From assembly GCA_973895155.1 (NCBI GenBank), contig OZ316895.1:16720170-16784169 (forward strand): 64,000 nucleotides of DNA, in the 5' to 3' direction. A program made the translations under genes and the position numbers. The notes below the pieces were generated by a model that saw only the letters and a program-made list of their open reading frames with translations, was not told the DNA's origin and made no database searches. Source of the stretch: Marsupella aquatica (lineage: Eukaryota > Plantae > Marchantiophyta). Position 1 is the first letter of the stretch; each line of letters starts with the position of its first letter. Positions 50,601 to 63,800 of this stretch are shown one piece after another.

Positions 50601-53600
50601 ATTACCATTAGCCTTAACCTGGGTAAAGTTTTTACCCCTACTGTAGGTTAGACTACAAACTTACTCCAGTCAGATCAACCCCTGGTTTTCACGTAGGGAT
50701 AAGTGATTCCTACCCTTGGTAACACAAGTAACCTGGTCACTTCCTGGTTACACTTGTAACAAACCAAGCCACAATTCTTACACAAAAAATAGCTCTCATA
50801 GAAACAATTTGGGTTTAGTGTTACCACTAAGCTTGGGTACAAACTGAGTTCCCGCGTCACCACTAGGTCTTCGGTTTTTTCACTAAGCCTCAGGTCACCT
50901 CTGGAGTTTAGTCCATTCCTTTACAGAGTTTCAGACCTTACCACAAAGTACTCTTGGTCAAGCTATTCATTAAGAACCCCTGATCCTACTACTGAATTCC
51001 AGTTGTTTCAACAAGATTCAACGACTCCCTACTTCTCCTAGAAAATGTCACACAATCTTTCCCTAGCAAAACATCAGTGTTTATAAATAGTCAACAAGGT
51101 TCGGGTCCTCTAATAGTCCCAATTTGTGTCTACAAATTTACTTAATCAACTATTGGGAAAAAACTCTTAACAACTCCCTCATGGTTCTTAACATTTCCAA
51201 GTTCTCTATTGAAGTTGGTTCTACCATGCTAGGTCCCCTACCCTTCTCGGCCTCCTTCCCGGCCTTGCACCGACCTCAAAGTGTTCCAATTGGCCAAAAA
51301 CAATGTTGCGATTGAGTTTAACTAGGGTTCTCGTGAGCGCTATGAATGAATAGCATTGGCGGCTCTCTTGATAGCGCGATCCATCTCCTTAGCAACTCAT
51401 AAGTCACGAGTTCAATTTTGGCCAGCGACGTTTCTTCCCTAACAACATTATTTTTCTATTTTGCGCAACAACACCCCTCTAAATGTTGATGCACCAAAAT
51501 GCCCTCCTAAGAAGGAGCACACTGCCTCAAGGAAGGAGCATCGTGCGCCAATCACATCCGATTCAATTCCTGCATTACTCCTATGTGGTGCAACAATCTC
51601 CATATCCAAAAAACTTCATGCAATCACGGATGAAAGCTCACAACTACTTTCCATAGCTCCCTTTTGATTCACTGCTTCTTTGCACATATCAATTCTCCTT
51701 TCTTTTATCAACATTATGACTTGATCACATTAGCCAGCCAGCAACCGACCATTTGTAGCTACTCCCTTAGCACCTTCTATTCTTTTCAATTTAGAGCTCG
51801 TGCTCAACAATAGCCATAGCCCTCACAAGAAATCAGTGTTGCATCAATTAGCTTCAAGCTTCTCCATAGTAGTTGTGTAACATCATTCTATCCTCCCTTA
51901 CTCCCAACATCATCAAAATGTCTTCAACAATGAGAGCTCTCTGTATGCAACGCTCCTCCCTTCAGTAGTAGCTTGTAGCTGCCTCACCTTCCCATAGTAG
52001 TGAGCAACCATGCTCTCAATTCAAGCAGTAGCTTTGCTGCTTTCCTATCCACACAACAGGAATCAACAATTTCTTCTCCTCTGCCTCCAATTAAATTGAG
52101 CTCCCTTGTGATCTATCGTTTGAGAGGGGTCAACTCTTCTTGTTTTTGTTGGTAAATTCTTGGGTAAATTTGCTAAGCTCCTTGATTTCAAGTTGTCATT
52201 CAATGTTGTGCATCCAAGCTTCCTTGTCGTGAGCGTAGTGGTGCCGCTAACTTTTAGTACTCCCTTTGATTTTGCTCCTTGATTTAGTGTAGTCTTGGTG
52301 CATCCTCCCTGGATTCTTCTTGTCGCTTATTTCTGATTTTTGTACCTCCGTATATCCTTGTGTTCTTATGAGAAGGACCCACATGATGACATGTGGCCTT
52401 CTTACCAGACTCATATAGCGTTCCACCCTTCAGTAGTTAAACCTGTAGCTTACTCCCGCAGCATCCTGACTTGATGGTACTTATAACAAAATGCCTACTT
52501 TGAAAATTCCTCACTCCGAGCTCCAACCTCAATTTTGTCTGAAAATTTGCCAATGGGTCCCTTAAACCTAAGAATATCTACTGTCTAAATTGTGAGGTCT
52601 GATTTTATTTTGAGACTATTCTATAATTTTGCTAAACATGTCATTTGTTAATTCTTCATTCTAAGTGCTTAAGCGATTAACTTAGCCCTCTGGTTTATTA
52701 TCTACTTAGTCCTACCTAGATTATCTTGACACTCACTACTTAGTCTCCTAAGTGACCTTCTACTACCTACTTTGCATCCCCTTTTCTTATTCTATACTTA
52801 CTTTACTCCTAATTGTGGTTACATCTAACTACAGTTACTCAATTTTTTAATCTAGTTAGTACATATTACCTAGAGCGGTATCCAACAATAGACATCATAT
52901 CTTTCTAAGTGTGTGCTGCAACGTTCCCACCAACTGAGTGGTCACCAAACCTCAATCACAGTCTCCATAGACATGGAAAGAAGACACATTGGATGCTAAC
53001 ACACTCTGAGACCTCCAGTCATGAACTTGAGAAACAAAAATGTCTAAGTAATTTGCATAGATCTCCAAGTACAACTGAGTTCTTAGACTTTGTTCATGTT
53101 GTACATCTTTCCTTTCATACCTTTATTTTAGACAATGCTCCACTCTTCTTGCTACTATTCGTTGTGGACCTGCCCAATTTTGACGGTCAATCCTATTCAC
53201 ATCATCCCAAGCCATGCCATGTTCATGAATTGGATAATGATTCATTAGCTACATAAGATAAGGATATATGTTGATCTCCTAGCACCAATAAAGAAGACAT
53301 TTTGTCTAAGGGGTTTATCATCTTTTTGCCAGTGTGAGGTTGGTCTTGGTCACCAAAGTCATACAAATCCCCATTTGGTAGAATTGAAACAGGGGATGCT
53401 CACCTTCCCACCCAACTCCATACCTTGGGAATGATCCATCCTGCCCTCTGTAATCTTCCAGCATTAACTTTTTACAACGTGCATCACCATCACTAGCATG
53501 TCCAAGCAAAGGGCCTCTCATAGCTCTACAACATTCATCCCAGAAAGCCTTCCCGAAAGCCTTTAATTGGACCCAATGCTCTCCTACCCAAGGAGTTGTG

Positions 53601-54800
53601 AACTTATTATAGACAAGTTGGAATTGCACACACAGCCAATTTAGGTAATGACTCATGTGGAGGATTCACAATCACAACTCGGGCATACATGCACTTGAGG
53701 CATTGCTCAAATGTACTTACAAGTTTATCATAACCCTCATCACCTTTACCAACTGAAATTTCCAAACCATAGGAGCATACATGCTACTCTGAAGGTCCAC
53801 AGAAACCAATGAGAGTATCATATTTTGTCTCCCACTTGAAATAGAGACATGCAATTATTCAATATCACAGAAATTCAAGCCAAGTACTCTTGCAAGTGCT
53901 ACTTGCAAAGGCCACTCCATACAAAGAACTAAAAAACTAATTTGAGAAATGTGAGGTTCCAATTACCTTGGGCGTTCTTTGATCCTTGTTTCATCCTCAA
54001 TATAGATATTAGGCACATCCCCCTCAAATGCCCAATGATTGCTTTGTAGCAAACAAGACTCTAGCAATCTCCTTAAAGGTTTCTTTAACGTAACCCGGTT
54101 TGACAAGGCGTGAGTTTTTCTCTATCACTTTTGAGGGTCACAAGGCTAGTGGCTGTCAAGTTTTGTGCAAAACAATGAGCAACTTGGCGGCCCCCAAATT
54201 GGAACATAGCCTGAGCCTGAGCACTAGCTCAGGGCCTGTCAGTGTAACAATTACCTTTTGGCTTTCGGCCTAAATTGCAAGCTACATCCTTCAGGAAATC
54301 CCATAAACCCTCCTTACCACCAAATGCACCATTCTTGTGTCCATTCAAAATACTCCTAAGAAACAATCTCAAATCCTAAATGAACCTTAAAATAGAAAAC
54401 CTGTTTGTATACTTAGGAGTTTTGGGATTTGGAACAATAGAGAATAGTTAATGTTTGCCCTTATCCCCAAGCTCCACATTCAATCTCTGAACTATCTCAA
54501 TGCCTACTTTGATGGTGTTTACATGATCATATTTTGGCTTCTCAAAGATGTCTCCTGCCTGAACCAAAGTAGAAGGAATTCCCCTTCTCCAACAATAGTT
54601 ATCCTTGTGCTTATTCATGACCAAGTGTTTGGTCTTAAAATTACTGAAGCAATTGGAAATGGATTACTTAGGGTTTTGAGAGTTGTCTGCATTGCCATAT
54701 AAGTTTCCCTACATTCAAGACACTCCAAATGCCCTCGAACATCTATCCCCTCACCCAGGTCTGAACTCTCCAATTGTGGTCAATGTAACCCTTCGTATGT
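47614..54800 (-). mobile_element. Decayed DNA transposase pseudogene with P-element-like DDE and DxxH signatures, interrupted at 48774-52887
   Basis: Minus-strand fragments in order: CxxC...NFKTKHLVMNKH zinc finger (about 54.6-54.7 kb); LWDFLKDVACN; EDETRIK (D at 53993-53995); WETKYDTLIGFCG; GHASDGDAR (D at 53489-53491); DQPHTGKKMINPL (about 53345); DRQNWA; after the insertion, SCHFIMLLICAFRD...GFDCCEIFFSKVGG (E at 48643-48645); YKSSLV...KDRLTRV. Many stops and frameshifts. Confidence 0.75.
48774..52887. mobile_element. 4.1-kb LTR-retrotransposon-type insertion (probable large solo LTR) with 5-bp TSD
   Basis: Starts TGTCAAC and ends CCAACA, flanked on both sides by ATAGA (48769-48773 and 52888-52892). 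Removing it rejoins the transposase (MMSIQAFHDVNMSCH). No gag/pol ORF. Contains internal GGACGCTT/AAGCGTC repeats at about 50.1-50.55 kb. Confidence 0.75.
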
Positions 54801-56089
54801 ACCCATTTCTATAACCTCATCCACTTGATGGGACATCTCCCATCAATTGTGACTCATTGAAAGAAGCCCTTACAGGGGAGATTACTAGTGCAGTTGGCCC
54901 CGATTGTGGTGTCCCACTATCTGGAGCCAATGATGCAAGAGAGCAAGGATGAGAGGGCAATGGTTTACTCCCTAGCTAGAACATCGACCATGCACACATG
55001 CTACTAGCTTGCTATCCTCTCTCAACAGATTAGACTAGCTAGAGTACCATCTGGTCAACAACAATGACTCAAATCAAAAGTTGAATAGAGAGAACAAAAG
55101 GATTAAAAAGTCAAATAGGGAACATAGAGAGGGAGGGGGGGAAATAGGAGCGATGAACCTAGACCAACTTGATCTTGCTGTCACAAATCCCTCTTAACGG
55201 AATACAGTAGCTCCCTCTAATCTGATTCTTGTATTTTTGTCTTGATAGTGCTTGCTCTCAACTGAGCGTAGCCGCTCCCTCTTGACTTTGTCTCCACGGT
55301 GCTTGGATGGCAACAACAACAAATGGATAGATAAATCCCCTTGCAACGCAGCCCCAACTTGGACTCTAGAAATGTCCTTGCAGCAAGCTCCCTCTTGACT
55401 GTCCAGCAGCTCCACATCTTGGACAACAACTCCCTCTTGACTGGCAAAGCTCTTTGTAAACTACCACAAGAAATGATCGGGAGAGACCAGCAACGGAAGC
55501 ATTCTAGCCACATTGCATGCAAGAAATTTTGGGAGGGAAACCGATGAGGATTGTGGGTGGGCACGAGGGAGAGTGGAGGGAAACTATTGGGTACTATGGG
55601 ACACTGACAAGGAAGTGGAGGGAAACTACACGAGTCAAACGGGAGGATTTCAAAGTTGTGAAACCCCCTATTCACACCCTAACAACCAAGGTCCGCAAAA
55701 CCTAGCCCACATAATCTACCCCACATGAACTATCCCCAACCCCAACTGTTACCCAATTAGTCATTAACTTGTATACTTGATGGCTAAACCAAGTACCATT
55801 TAATTTTCAAGGATGCCACATGGGCCATAGTGACATGTTTACTATGACTTAACCAGAACAAAACTACCCTAACTTTCACTAACCCATTCCACCAACAGTG
55901 TCAATAATATAGTAACCTATTTTTCTTAGAAGCAACCTTAATAATAACATGGACCCTATTGTTCTTACACATTTCTTTCTAAGTCTTTCCTAAGAACTAA
56001 TTAATAGGCCCTATACTTTTTTGCACACGATGTGCCATTTTCGTGAAATGAGACCCACAAGAATTTAATTTGATGGGATTGTTGAGCAA

Positions 56090-56440
56090 AGACTACATGC
56101 GCCCATGAATATCCAACGCATAGGTAGTTGACATAGAGAGATATATGGTTCACCTCAGCCGAGGTTACGTTCACCGGAACACATGAGTGTTTTAGCCGCA
56201 CTCTAGGCCCGTCGGTCATATTGAGTCTCTGCAATACAAGATCTCCCTATCTCTCAACTGGCTCCGTAACAAAGAGCCTAAGTTCCTCCTATCCAAATAA
56301 ACATAGTTTGGGATATACTTTGCAGCAAGGCTAACCTAACCAAGTGTGCAACTAAGGTTAACCTTAACTATAGTAACAATCATAACTCTAGACTTAAAAA
56401 TAAATGCCTAATAGGGATTGTGCCCCACCAATCAGTTATC
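56090..56440. mobile_element. Diverged inverted copy of the left-end region of the 48774-52887 element
   Basis: The reverse complement of 56120-56380 contains AACGTAACCTCGGCTGAGGTGAACCA...ATGTCAACTAC and CTATAGTTAAGGTTAACC...GGTTAGGTTAGCCTTGCTGCA. These resemble 48988-49035 (GACGTAGCCTCAGTCGAGAGGTTAACCA...GTGTCGACTAC) and 48841-48892. Confidence 0.5.
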
Positions 56441-56613
56441 AAGGGTTTGCGCTTATAAAGTTGGAGTTGATAGCAAAACTATTTCAGGCCTTTCTGCACT
56501 TACTAAAACGTGCAAACATAGTGCAAACTCCCTATGTTAAAAAGGGAAGAACAGGAGGCCTTGCAGTTAGCCAGGTTCTACACTTATGGATTTTACACTT
56601 AGAGAGAGGAGCC

Positions 56614-56792
56614 GAGAGATATTTACTTGACAGACCCCCAAAATGAAACTTGTTACTTGATAGACCCCCTGAGGTCTATCAAGGGTCCAGAGCTGAGATC
56701 AAAAGGTCCATCAACGGCCCAGATGGGGAAAAGCATGGGGGGGTCGATTAAGCAAACTTTTACCACAAGGGAGTCTAGTAAGCATATCTCTC
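56614..56792. mobile_element. 179-bp MITE-like element upstream of the kinesin
   Basis: Terminal inverted repeats GAGAGATATTTACTTGACAGACCCC / GGGAGTCTAGTAAGCATATCTCTC, plus a second inner inverted pair. Flanks GAGGAGCC / AACGAGCC are a partial 8-bp TSD match. Related to 2978-3148. Confidence 0.65.
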
Positions 56793-57871
56793 AACGAGCC
56801 GACTGTAGATGTGTAACGACACCTCTCTCCTTCGTTACACCTCTCACTATCAGAAGCGACCGTCAACAGTCTTTACCAGGGTGGGTCCAGGCCAGGGACC
56901 ACCGTCTGGTGGCGCAGTGACGGCTCCGACTTCACTCATATCACCGTCGTAGTCACCGTCACCGTAGTTGCAGACCGTTGAGACACATGCCCGTTTTGTC
57001 CGGGTACCGGTACCGGCCCGGTGATGCCGGTCACTACGAAACAGGTCCGGCCCCCGTAAACTCGTCCAACGAGTAGAGCAGAGCATAGAGAGAGGGAGAT
57101 TTTCAAATCAGAGGTTTCCTACATTTCCGCGCGCACAGTGCTCTAGTGTTGTGTTTCGGTGCAGCAGAAGCTTTGCCTCTCGATGTGCTGCTCTCTCTCT
57201 CTGGCTCTCTCGCGCTTCCTCGCTCAGTCTTCGGGAGCGCTCGTTTGATTCAACAATTCGGTCGCAACGACAGTCGTAGGCTGAAGCATTCCGCTCGCAG
57301 CTGTCTTCTTAGCTCCAGTAGTAATTGATACTCTGTCCCGTTCGAGCCGTTCGCGACTAGGTTGCAGCATTTCTCGTTGAAGCTCTCCAGAGATCCAAGA
57401 AATCTTAGCTCCTCTCGCACTCTGTCTCGTTTTGGGCGGTATTGCATTTGGTTTTTGGTTTGAGCATTTTTGCGGAGCTCAGTAGTGACATTTGAGCTTT
57501 ACAAGCACTGTCTGTGCGCGGGGTTTTCGAGCATTTTGTGATCTTTCGAATTTATCGTACAGAGATTTCTGCAATGATGGCTCCTGCTGCAGTTCACTTG
57601 AACGGCTCTGCGGCAATCGGGACTCTCGGTTATCATGGTCTAACAAGCAAGTGAAAAGAATTAGGGTCTTTCTTCGAGCCAGGTTTCTTCCCCTGTCCCG
57701 TGGGATCTCTCCCTGCGGACGGGCGGACAACAGCTTTGTTATGGAACAAACAAGTGCACTTAACGTCGACTCCTGAAAGAGCAGGTCGAGAGACACACAG
57801 CAAGAGCTTAACCTGGGAGGTGGCGAACGCGCTTCGACAAGTTTAGAGTCCGTGCCCCCTCCTGGGAAGCG

Positions 57872-60800
57872 ATGGGGGATTTATTCTCCTTCTCTATGAA
57901 TGACTTTGTGGATAGAAGAAAATCGTTAAGTGTATCACCGAGACCACAACAGGATGTCGGACTAGATAGTGAGTCCGATTGCGTGACCGAAGATATCACG
58001 AAAGGCCTGAAGAGCTCGTGTTTCCGAGTTGCGAATGATATTGATTCACTGACGAGATATCCAGGTGAGTTCACGACTCTGAATCCTTCGGGGCCCCATT
58101 TCGTTATAGCAACCGGAGAAAGTAGTCGAGCCGGACCATCTTTCACATGCGAGAGAGAGTCTTAATGCCTGATTTTTATTTTGGGGCCTTCCACGAACCG
58201 GAATTAGAATCTCTAGCGAGGAAAAGATCAGTTACAGCGCTGCCATCGGACCCGCTGAACTATATGATACAATGTGTAACGAATCTCGTGAACGTAGGCA
58301 TATTCTTTTAGTTTCCCACAATTAGAGAAACCTGTCTAGAATGCAGAGACCAGACCTTAATGAAATTATCGAGCAGGCTGCATTGTCCTGCCACAGACCG
58401 TATTAGAAAGTTGTGATTGCAGGGTCCACTCCATATTTATTCAGCATTGATCGTCCTTTGTGACACTTATGTGTGACAGCTGTTAATTTTCGATGCATAC
58501 CTCGGATCTGCTCAAGGATATTATGCCACGAGTTTCCGTGACAAATTTACGTTTATGCTAATCTATGCCCGAGAATTCTCGTCGGTAGCGAATGAGCTTT
58601 TGAGATATTTGGTAAACTTCTCTCTGGCTGTGTCTCGAAACCTTGAGCTCAATTTTCCACTTGAAGGCAGTGGAAGTGACCAACAGAGGAAACTTCCGCC
58701 CAATTTTCGCCCTGTTTCTAATATTGTCGTTGTCGGTTGCAGGTGAATTTGTGACAGCTCTAAATGCTGGGGGGTCTGTACCTGCCGTCTCCTCGAGTGG
58801 TGTTCAGTACTCTAAAGACCAGTTCTTCTCGGGAGGGGATGTGCTCAGAACAGATGAGGGCATTACTGGGACCTCCGAGCCTTCCCTATATCAGACAGCA
58901 AGATACGGAAACGTCACCTACAGCTTTGCAGATTTACAGTGTGGAGAATACTTCGTTGATCTTCACTTTGCAGAGATTGTATTCACCAATGGCCCTTCCG
59001 GTATGCGGATCTTCGACGTGCATGTCCAAAATGAAAAGGTAAGACGCTTAATCATGTCAAGATATCTCGGCTGTCGGCGAATTGCTCAGTGGTCCTCCTT
59101 AGATAGCCCGTGTAGAAAGAGTTACTCGATTGAACTTCGCATAATTCAACAGGCTGTATTTGTGACCGTTGTGGAATTTGGATGGAAGTTGCCATCAATG
59201 TTTTCGCAATATCGTTGCAAATAGTGACGACGGTCGTCCGATGGTGCCCAGGTGATTGCTGCTCTTGATGTCTACGCGGAAGTGGGCACCAACAAGGCCT
59301 TAATCTTCTGCGTAAAGACGATTGTTTTGAATGGGAAACTGCTTATTGCCTTCAAGGGGGTCGTTGGGAATCCCATCATCAGTGCAGTATGTATTCGCCG
59401 CTCGTTTCTCTTGGGTATAACCTACTTTTCCCTTCCTGGTCTCTAATCTCAGGCGTTACTGATTGCAGTGAGTCTGAAAGTTGCGTGGAATTCTTCAGCT
59501 CTAGGTCCAGTTTAGTAACTCTTCCAGCTAAACGTCTGCTTCGACTGGGTCGTCATTGCCCGTTTTGTGCTTGGGTCTGTAATACGTCCGCAAAGTAGTT
59601 GTGCATAAGACTCGTACCCTGCTGGAGAAGTAATTCGTAGTCTTTTTTCGAATGCAGGCCCCAGGAACGCGATCCAAGCTCGTACAGTTGTTGAGGAAGA
59701 GCCTAAGGTAGCCGTTGCACATGCACTTGCACTTTAGCTTAGATGCCCACGCTCTGTTCACTCCTTTTTTTCTTATTCTTTTTGCTCGATGCTCAGTTTC
59801 GCACTTTCTTCAAATATTTGAAAATCTTGGTGTGTTTAGTTTGACTGGAATTCGAGGCATCAATTGATCACATGAACCCAACTATCTGATCAGGCACCCA
59901 AGAAGATACGTAAACCTTCGGTTGAATACGGCGCGAAGTTGGAGGAGCTGAAGAATGAGTGTCATGAAGCTTGGATCTCCCTGCAAGAAGCTAATCGGAA
60001 AATTGAGAAGCTCCAGATGGAAGCTATTTCCAAAACCCTTACCATCGACACTTTAGGTTAGTCGCGGTTAAGTGGATCGTCTCTTTCTAGACCAGATTGC
60101 TCAATCGATCTTCACCTACTATCACGAAAGCGAGAGCTAAGTAAATTCATCTTGTTGCCAAAAGTTCACGTCTTGGTAGGAAATAACTACACGATTGGCA
60201 TGTGGATATTCTGGGAGCTGCATGGATGTGATGTCATAAAAACCTGAAATTTTGGTTCTGGCAGCAAGTGCTGTGGAATCTCAGGAGAATGAGATGAAAG
60301 AATTAAGAGAAAAAGCAAACGGCGGGTTGAAGAAGTGGAAAATAGCTGTCTCCAACTTGAATCGTGAGATCCAGGTCAGTGAAAGAGATTTAAATTATAA
60401 GATTCATCGCTGTTCCTGATAACCTTCCGTAGACAACATGTGTACCTCGACTGAGTCGCTTCCCTACTACATGACATTTCAGGAAGTAAAATCAAATTAC
60501 GGGGTCTTAGCAAACGAGACCAAAGATTGGATAAGGTCTTTCCCAGACTCTTCCGATCTTATCACATCAGTACAAACCTTGGGTACGTTTCGCACCTTCT
60601 GCCCCAATGGTGCAATTACAGTGAGCATTTTTCCAAACACATTGCTACCGCATTTCGTGCACGTGTCTGATTATTTGTTCTCTGGCAGTCAAAGAGCATG
60701 AGCTTTTGGAAAGGAAGTATGCAGAACAAAGTCAAGAGCGAAAACAACTCTACAACGAAGTTCTAGAACTGCAAGGTTTGCTACTTTTCTACGCAGAACA

Positions 60801-63800
60801 AAAGTATCTTGGCTCGAGTTTCCAGCAATTTTCTGTGGGCTCGTCTGAGCAAGTGCTATCATTATGGTGAGACTTACCTCGTCTCTACTTCCTTTCTGCA
60901 GGGAACATAAGAGTGTTCTGTCGCTGCCGTCCTTTGAGCACGTTCGAGGTCACCAGCGGAATTTCTGGTGTCGTTGAATTTGATGCCGTGAAGGACAATG
61001 AGCTGATAGTACGTTCTGGCAACTCGAAGAAATTGTTCAAGTTTGATCGCGCGTTCACTCCTCAAGACGATCAAGGTACATTACGACAAGGAAAATTCTT
61101 ATCTTCGACTGCGAATTTTGACCAGCAGTTACCATACCTAGAAAGCACGCAATACCCAATCACGCTAAAGAAGATTCTGTCCTTGGGTTTCACTATTAGG
61201 ACAAGCAAGTAATGATATAAAAAATACTAAGGACTTGGGATTGCATTGACTGCAAGGAGCTGAACTCCATGAGTCGTCTTCTGCACAATGAATAATGTCA
61301 TTTTTGTTTCCTCACGGCGACTGGCAACACGGAATGTGATATCTTGCTCAACAACTTTGTATGGTTACAGGAGTGGTCTTCGCCAATACTGCCCCGGTCG
61401 TCGTGTCTGTTCTGGATGGATACAATGTGTGCATATTTGCCTATGGGCAAACGGGCACGGGGAAAACTTTCACAATGGAGGGACCTGCCAATAATCGTGG
61501 AGTGAATTATCGAACTTTAGAGGAACTTTTCCGCATCGCTGAAGATCGCAAGGGACAATGTAATTATGAAATCTCCGTCAGTGTACTTGAAGTCTATAAT
61601 GAACAGATTCGTGACCTGTTGGCTCAACCACCAGAACCAGATCAGACAGTAAAAAAGTAAGTCTCGTCGAGCCTCAGCTCATCGTTTCTGAGATAGCAAA
61701 CACTTGTTCTCAAGGTCCTTAATTCATGTTCGGAGCGGAAATCTGTCAGTTTCCGTCCTAATTGACTAGGAGCGGGCTTCATTTTTGCATTGCAAGGCCC
61801 TGTAGCAAATTTTTGTTGCACAGGAAAAGTAGTCAAGTTTACCATTTACACGCAGGTGAGATTCTATAAGAATTAATTCGCCTACTTACCTCTGAATGGC
61901 GGCGATCATGTCCGTCGATCAATTACGTAAATGAGTTGTTGGCCATTCGGGTAAGCTCAATGGCGAGTCCTGTATTTGAGCAGGTTGGAGATTCGACAGG
62001 TAGCAGACGGTGGACATCATGTACCTGGCCTTGTTGAAGCACAAGTCAACTGTATGGAAGAAGTGTGGGAGGTTCTCCAGACTGGTAGCAGTGCTCGAGC
62101 AGTGGAGTCGACAAATGCTAACCAACACAGTAGTCGTTCCCACTGGTTGGTTTTAATTACTCTCACGATCGCTGCTGAGTATACGTCCTGTCTTTGATTC
62201 ATCAGAAACTAGAGCTCTGCGTGTTTTCCTGGAATTGAAAGGCTCATGGGCATGTCAACGAACGCGTGGATAATCGAATCGTGAGTCGAGTCCTACCATT
62301 CAGTTGTAGCAAATTGAAATTTTCCTTTCTCTTTATTTCGTCCCATCTCGTAGAGATTTTCTGGACAATCGGCAATTCTTTTCCAAACCTAAGGTTCGCA
62401 GTCGCATACCCTAATTCAAAACGGCGCACTGTAGTGTATATGATATCTTTGGAATTTAAGTGATACTTTGAGATGTAGCCAGATAAATTTTGATCTCAGG
62501 TCGACTACTAGATTTTCTGGACAATCGGCAATTCTTTTCCAAACCTAAAGTTTCGCAGTCGCATACCCTAATTCAAAACGGCGGACTGTAGTGTATATGA
62601 TATCTTTGGAATTTAAGTGATACTTTGAGATGTAGCCAGATAAATTTTGATCTCAGGTCGACCTGTAGTAGTTAATTGGTCCTGGATAAGCAGCTGAGGG
62701 AGAGCGGTATTTCCAGATTCGTTCGATGGTGAACAAATTTGAGGTCAGAAGTGTTTGTTCATCGATATGAGTATAGTCACCGAATCTGTTTGTTTCGGTA
62801 CTTTATTGGTCTCACGGATAGAATACAACGCTGTTCATCTTCCCTTTTGATCTAACGGGTTACGTTGTGTTCGTGATCAGCATGTTGTGCGTAATGGTCA
62901 AGGGCCAAAATCTGATAACAGGCGAGTGCACAAGGAGCAAGCTATGGCTGGTAGATCTAGCGGGGAGTGAGCGTGTAGCCAAGACCGACGTGCAGGGCGA
63001 CCGCCTCAAAGAAGCCCAGTGCATCAACAAATCTCTATCTGCGTTGGGAGATGTAATAGCTGCGCTCACTACCAAAAGTAGTCACGTTCCTTTCAGGTGT
63101 GTCTTCATCCCGGAATAGGTGTTGAACCAATCCAGAGATTCTCCAAAGTCGAGTGGGCTCGAGCTGGAAAGTTTTGATTGCTATTGGACTACAGGGCTCA
63201 AAGAAGTGCTTTGTGCATCGTCGGTCGAATCAGTTAAGCTCTTCGCTGAGTTGTGGTCATGCGGTCTGTGCAGGAACTCGAAACTGACGCATCTCTTGCA
63301 AGACTCCTTGGGTAGGTCTCGTAAATACAGCTTTTTTTGTATCTGATTCCAATTTATCAACTTAAAATACGACCAGCAGGTCGGATTGAATATGTAGGAG
63401 GGGCTACAGCCTTTCTGTTAACTGTCTGGATGCAGAAATCCGGTCGCATTCATCTCGCAAGGTATGAACAATCGAGTCTTCCTTCAGCTCATTGCTGTGT
63501 CTCTGTGTGCGCCGTCGTTTCTGTGAACAGGGGGCGACTCCAAAGCTTTGATGTTTGTACAAATAAGTCCCAGTGAAGACGACGTCGGGGAGTCACTGTG
63601 TTCCCTAAATTTTGCAAGCAGAGTTCGGGGCGTGGAACTTGGTCCTGCCCGGAAGCAAATTGATACAAGTGAAATATTCAAGTACAAACAACTGGTCAGT
63701 TTTACCCAATATCCTCCCATTTCAATACCTCGGAATGCACAATTTTCTATTCGTCGATAACGCAGTCCTCACGCTGAAGGTGCACATAATAGAACTTTGG

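Noticed and set aside
45337-55900. CACTGTT...AACAGTG as terminal inverted repeats of the transposon (CACTA/Transib-like)
   Set aside because: Only 7 bp match and there is no target-site duplication.
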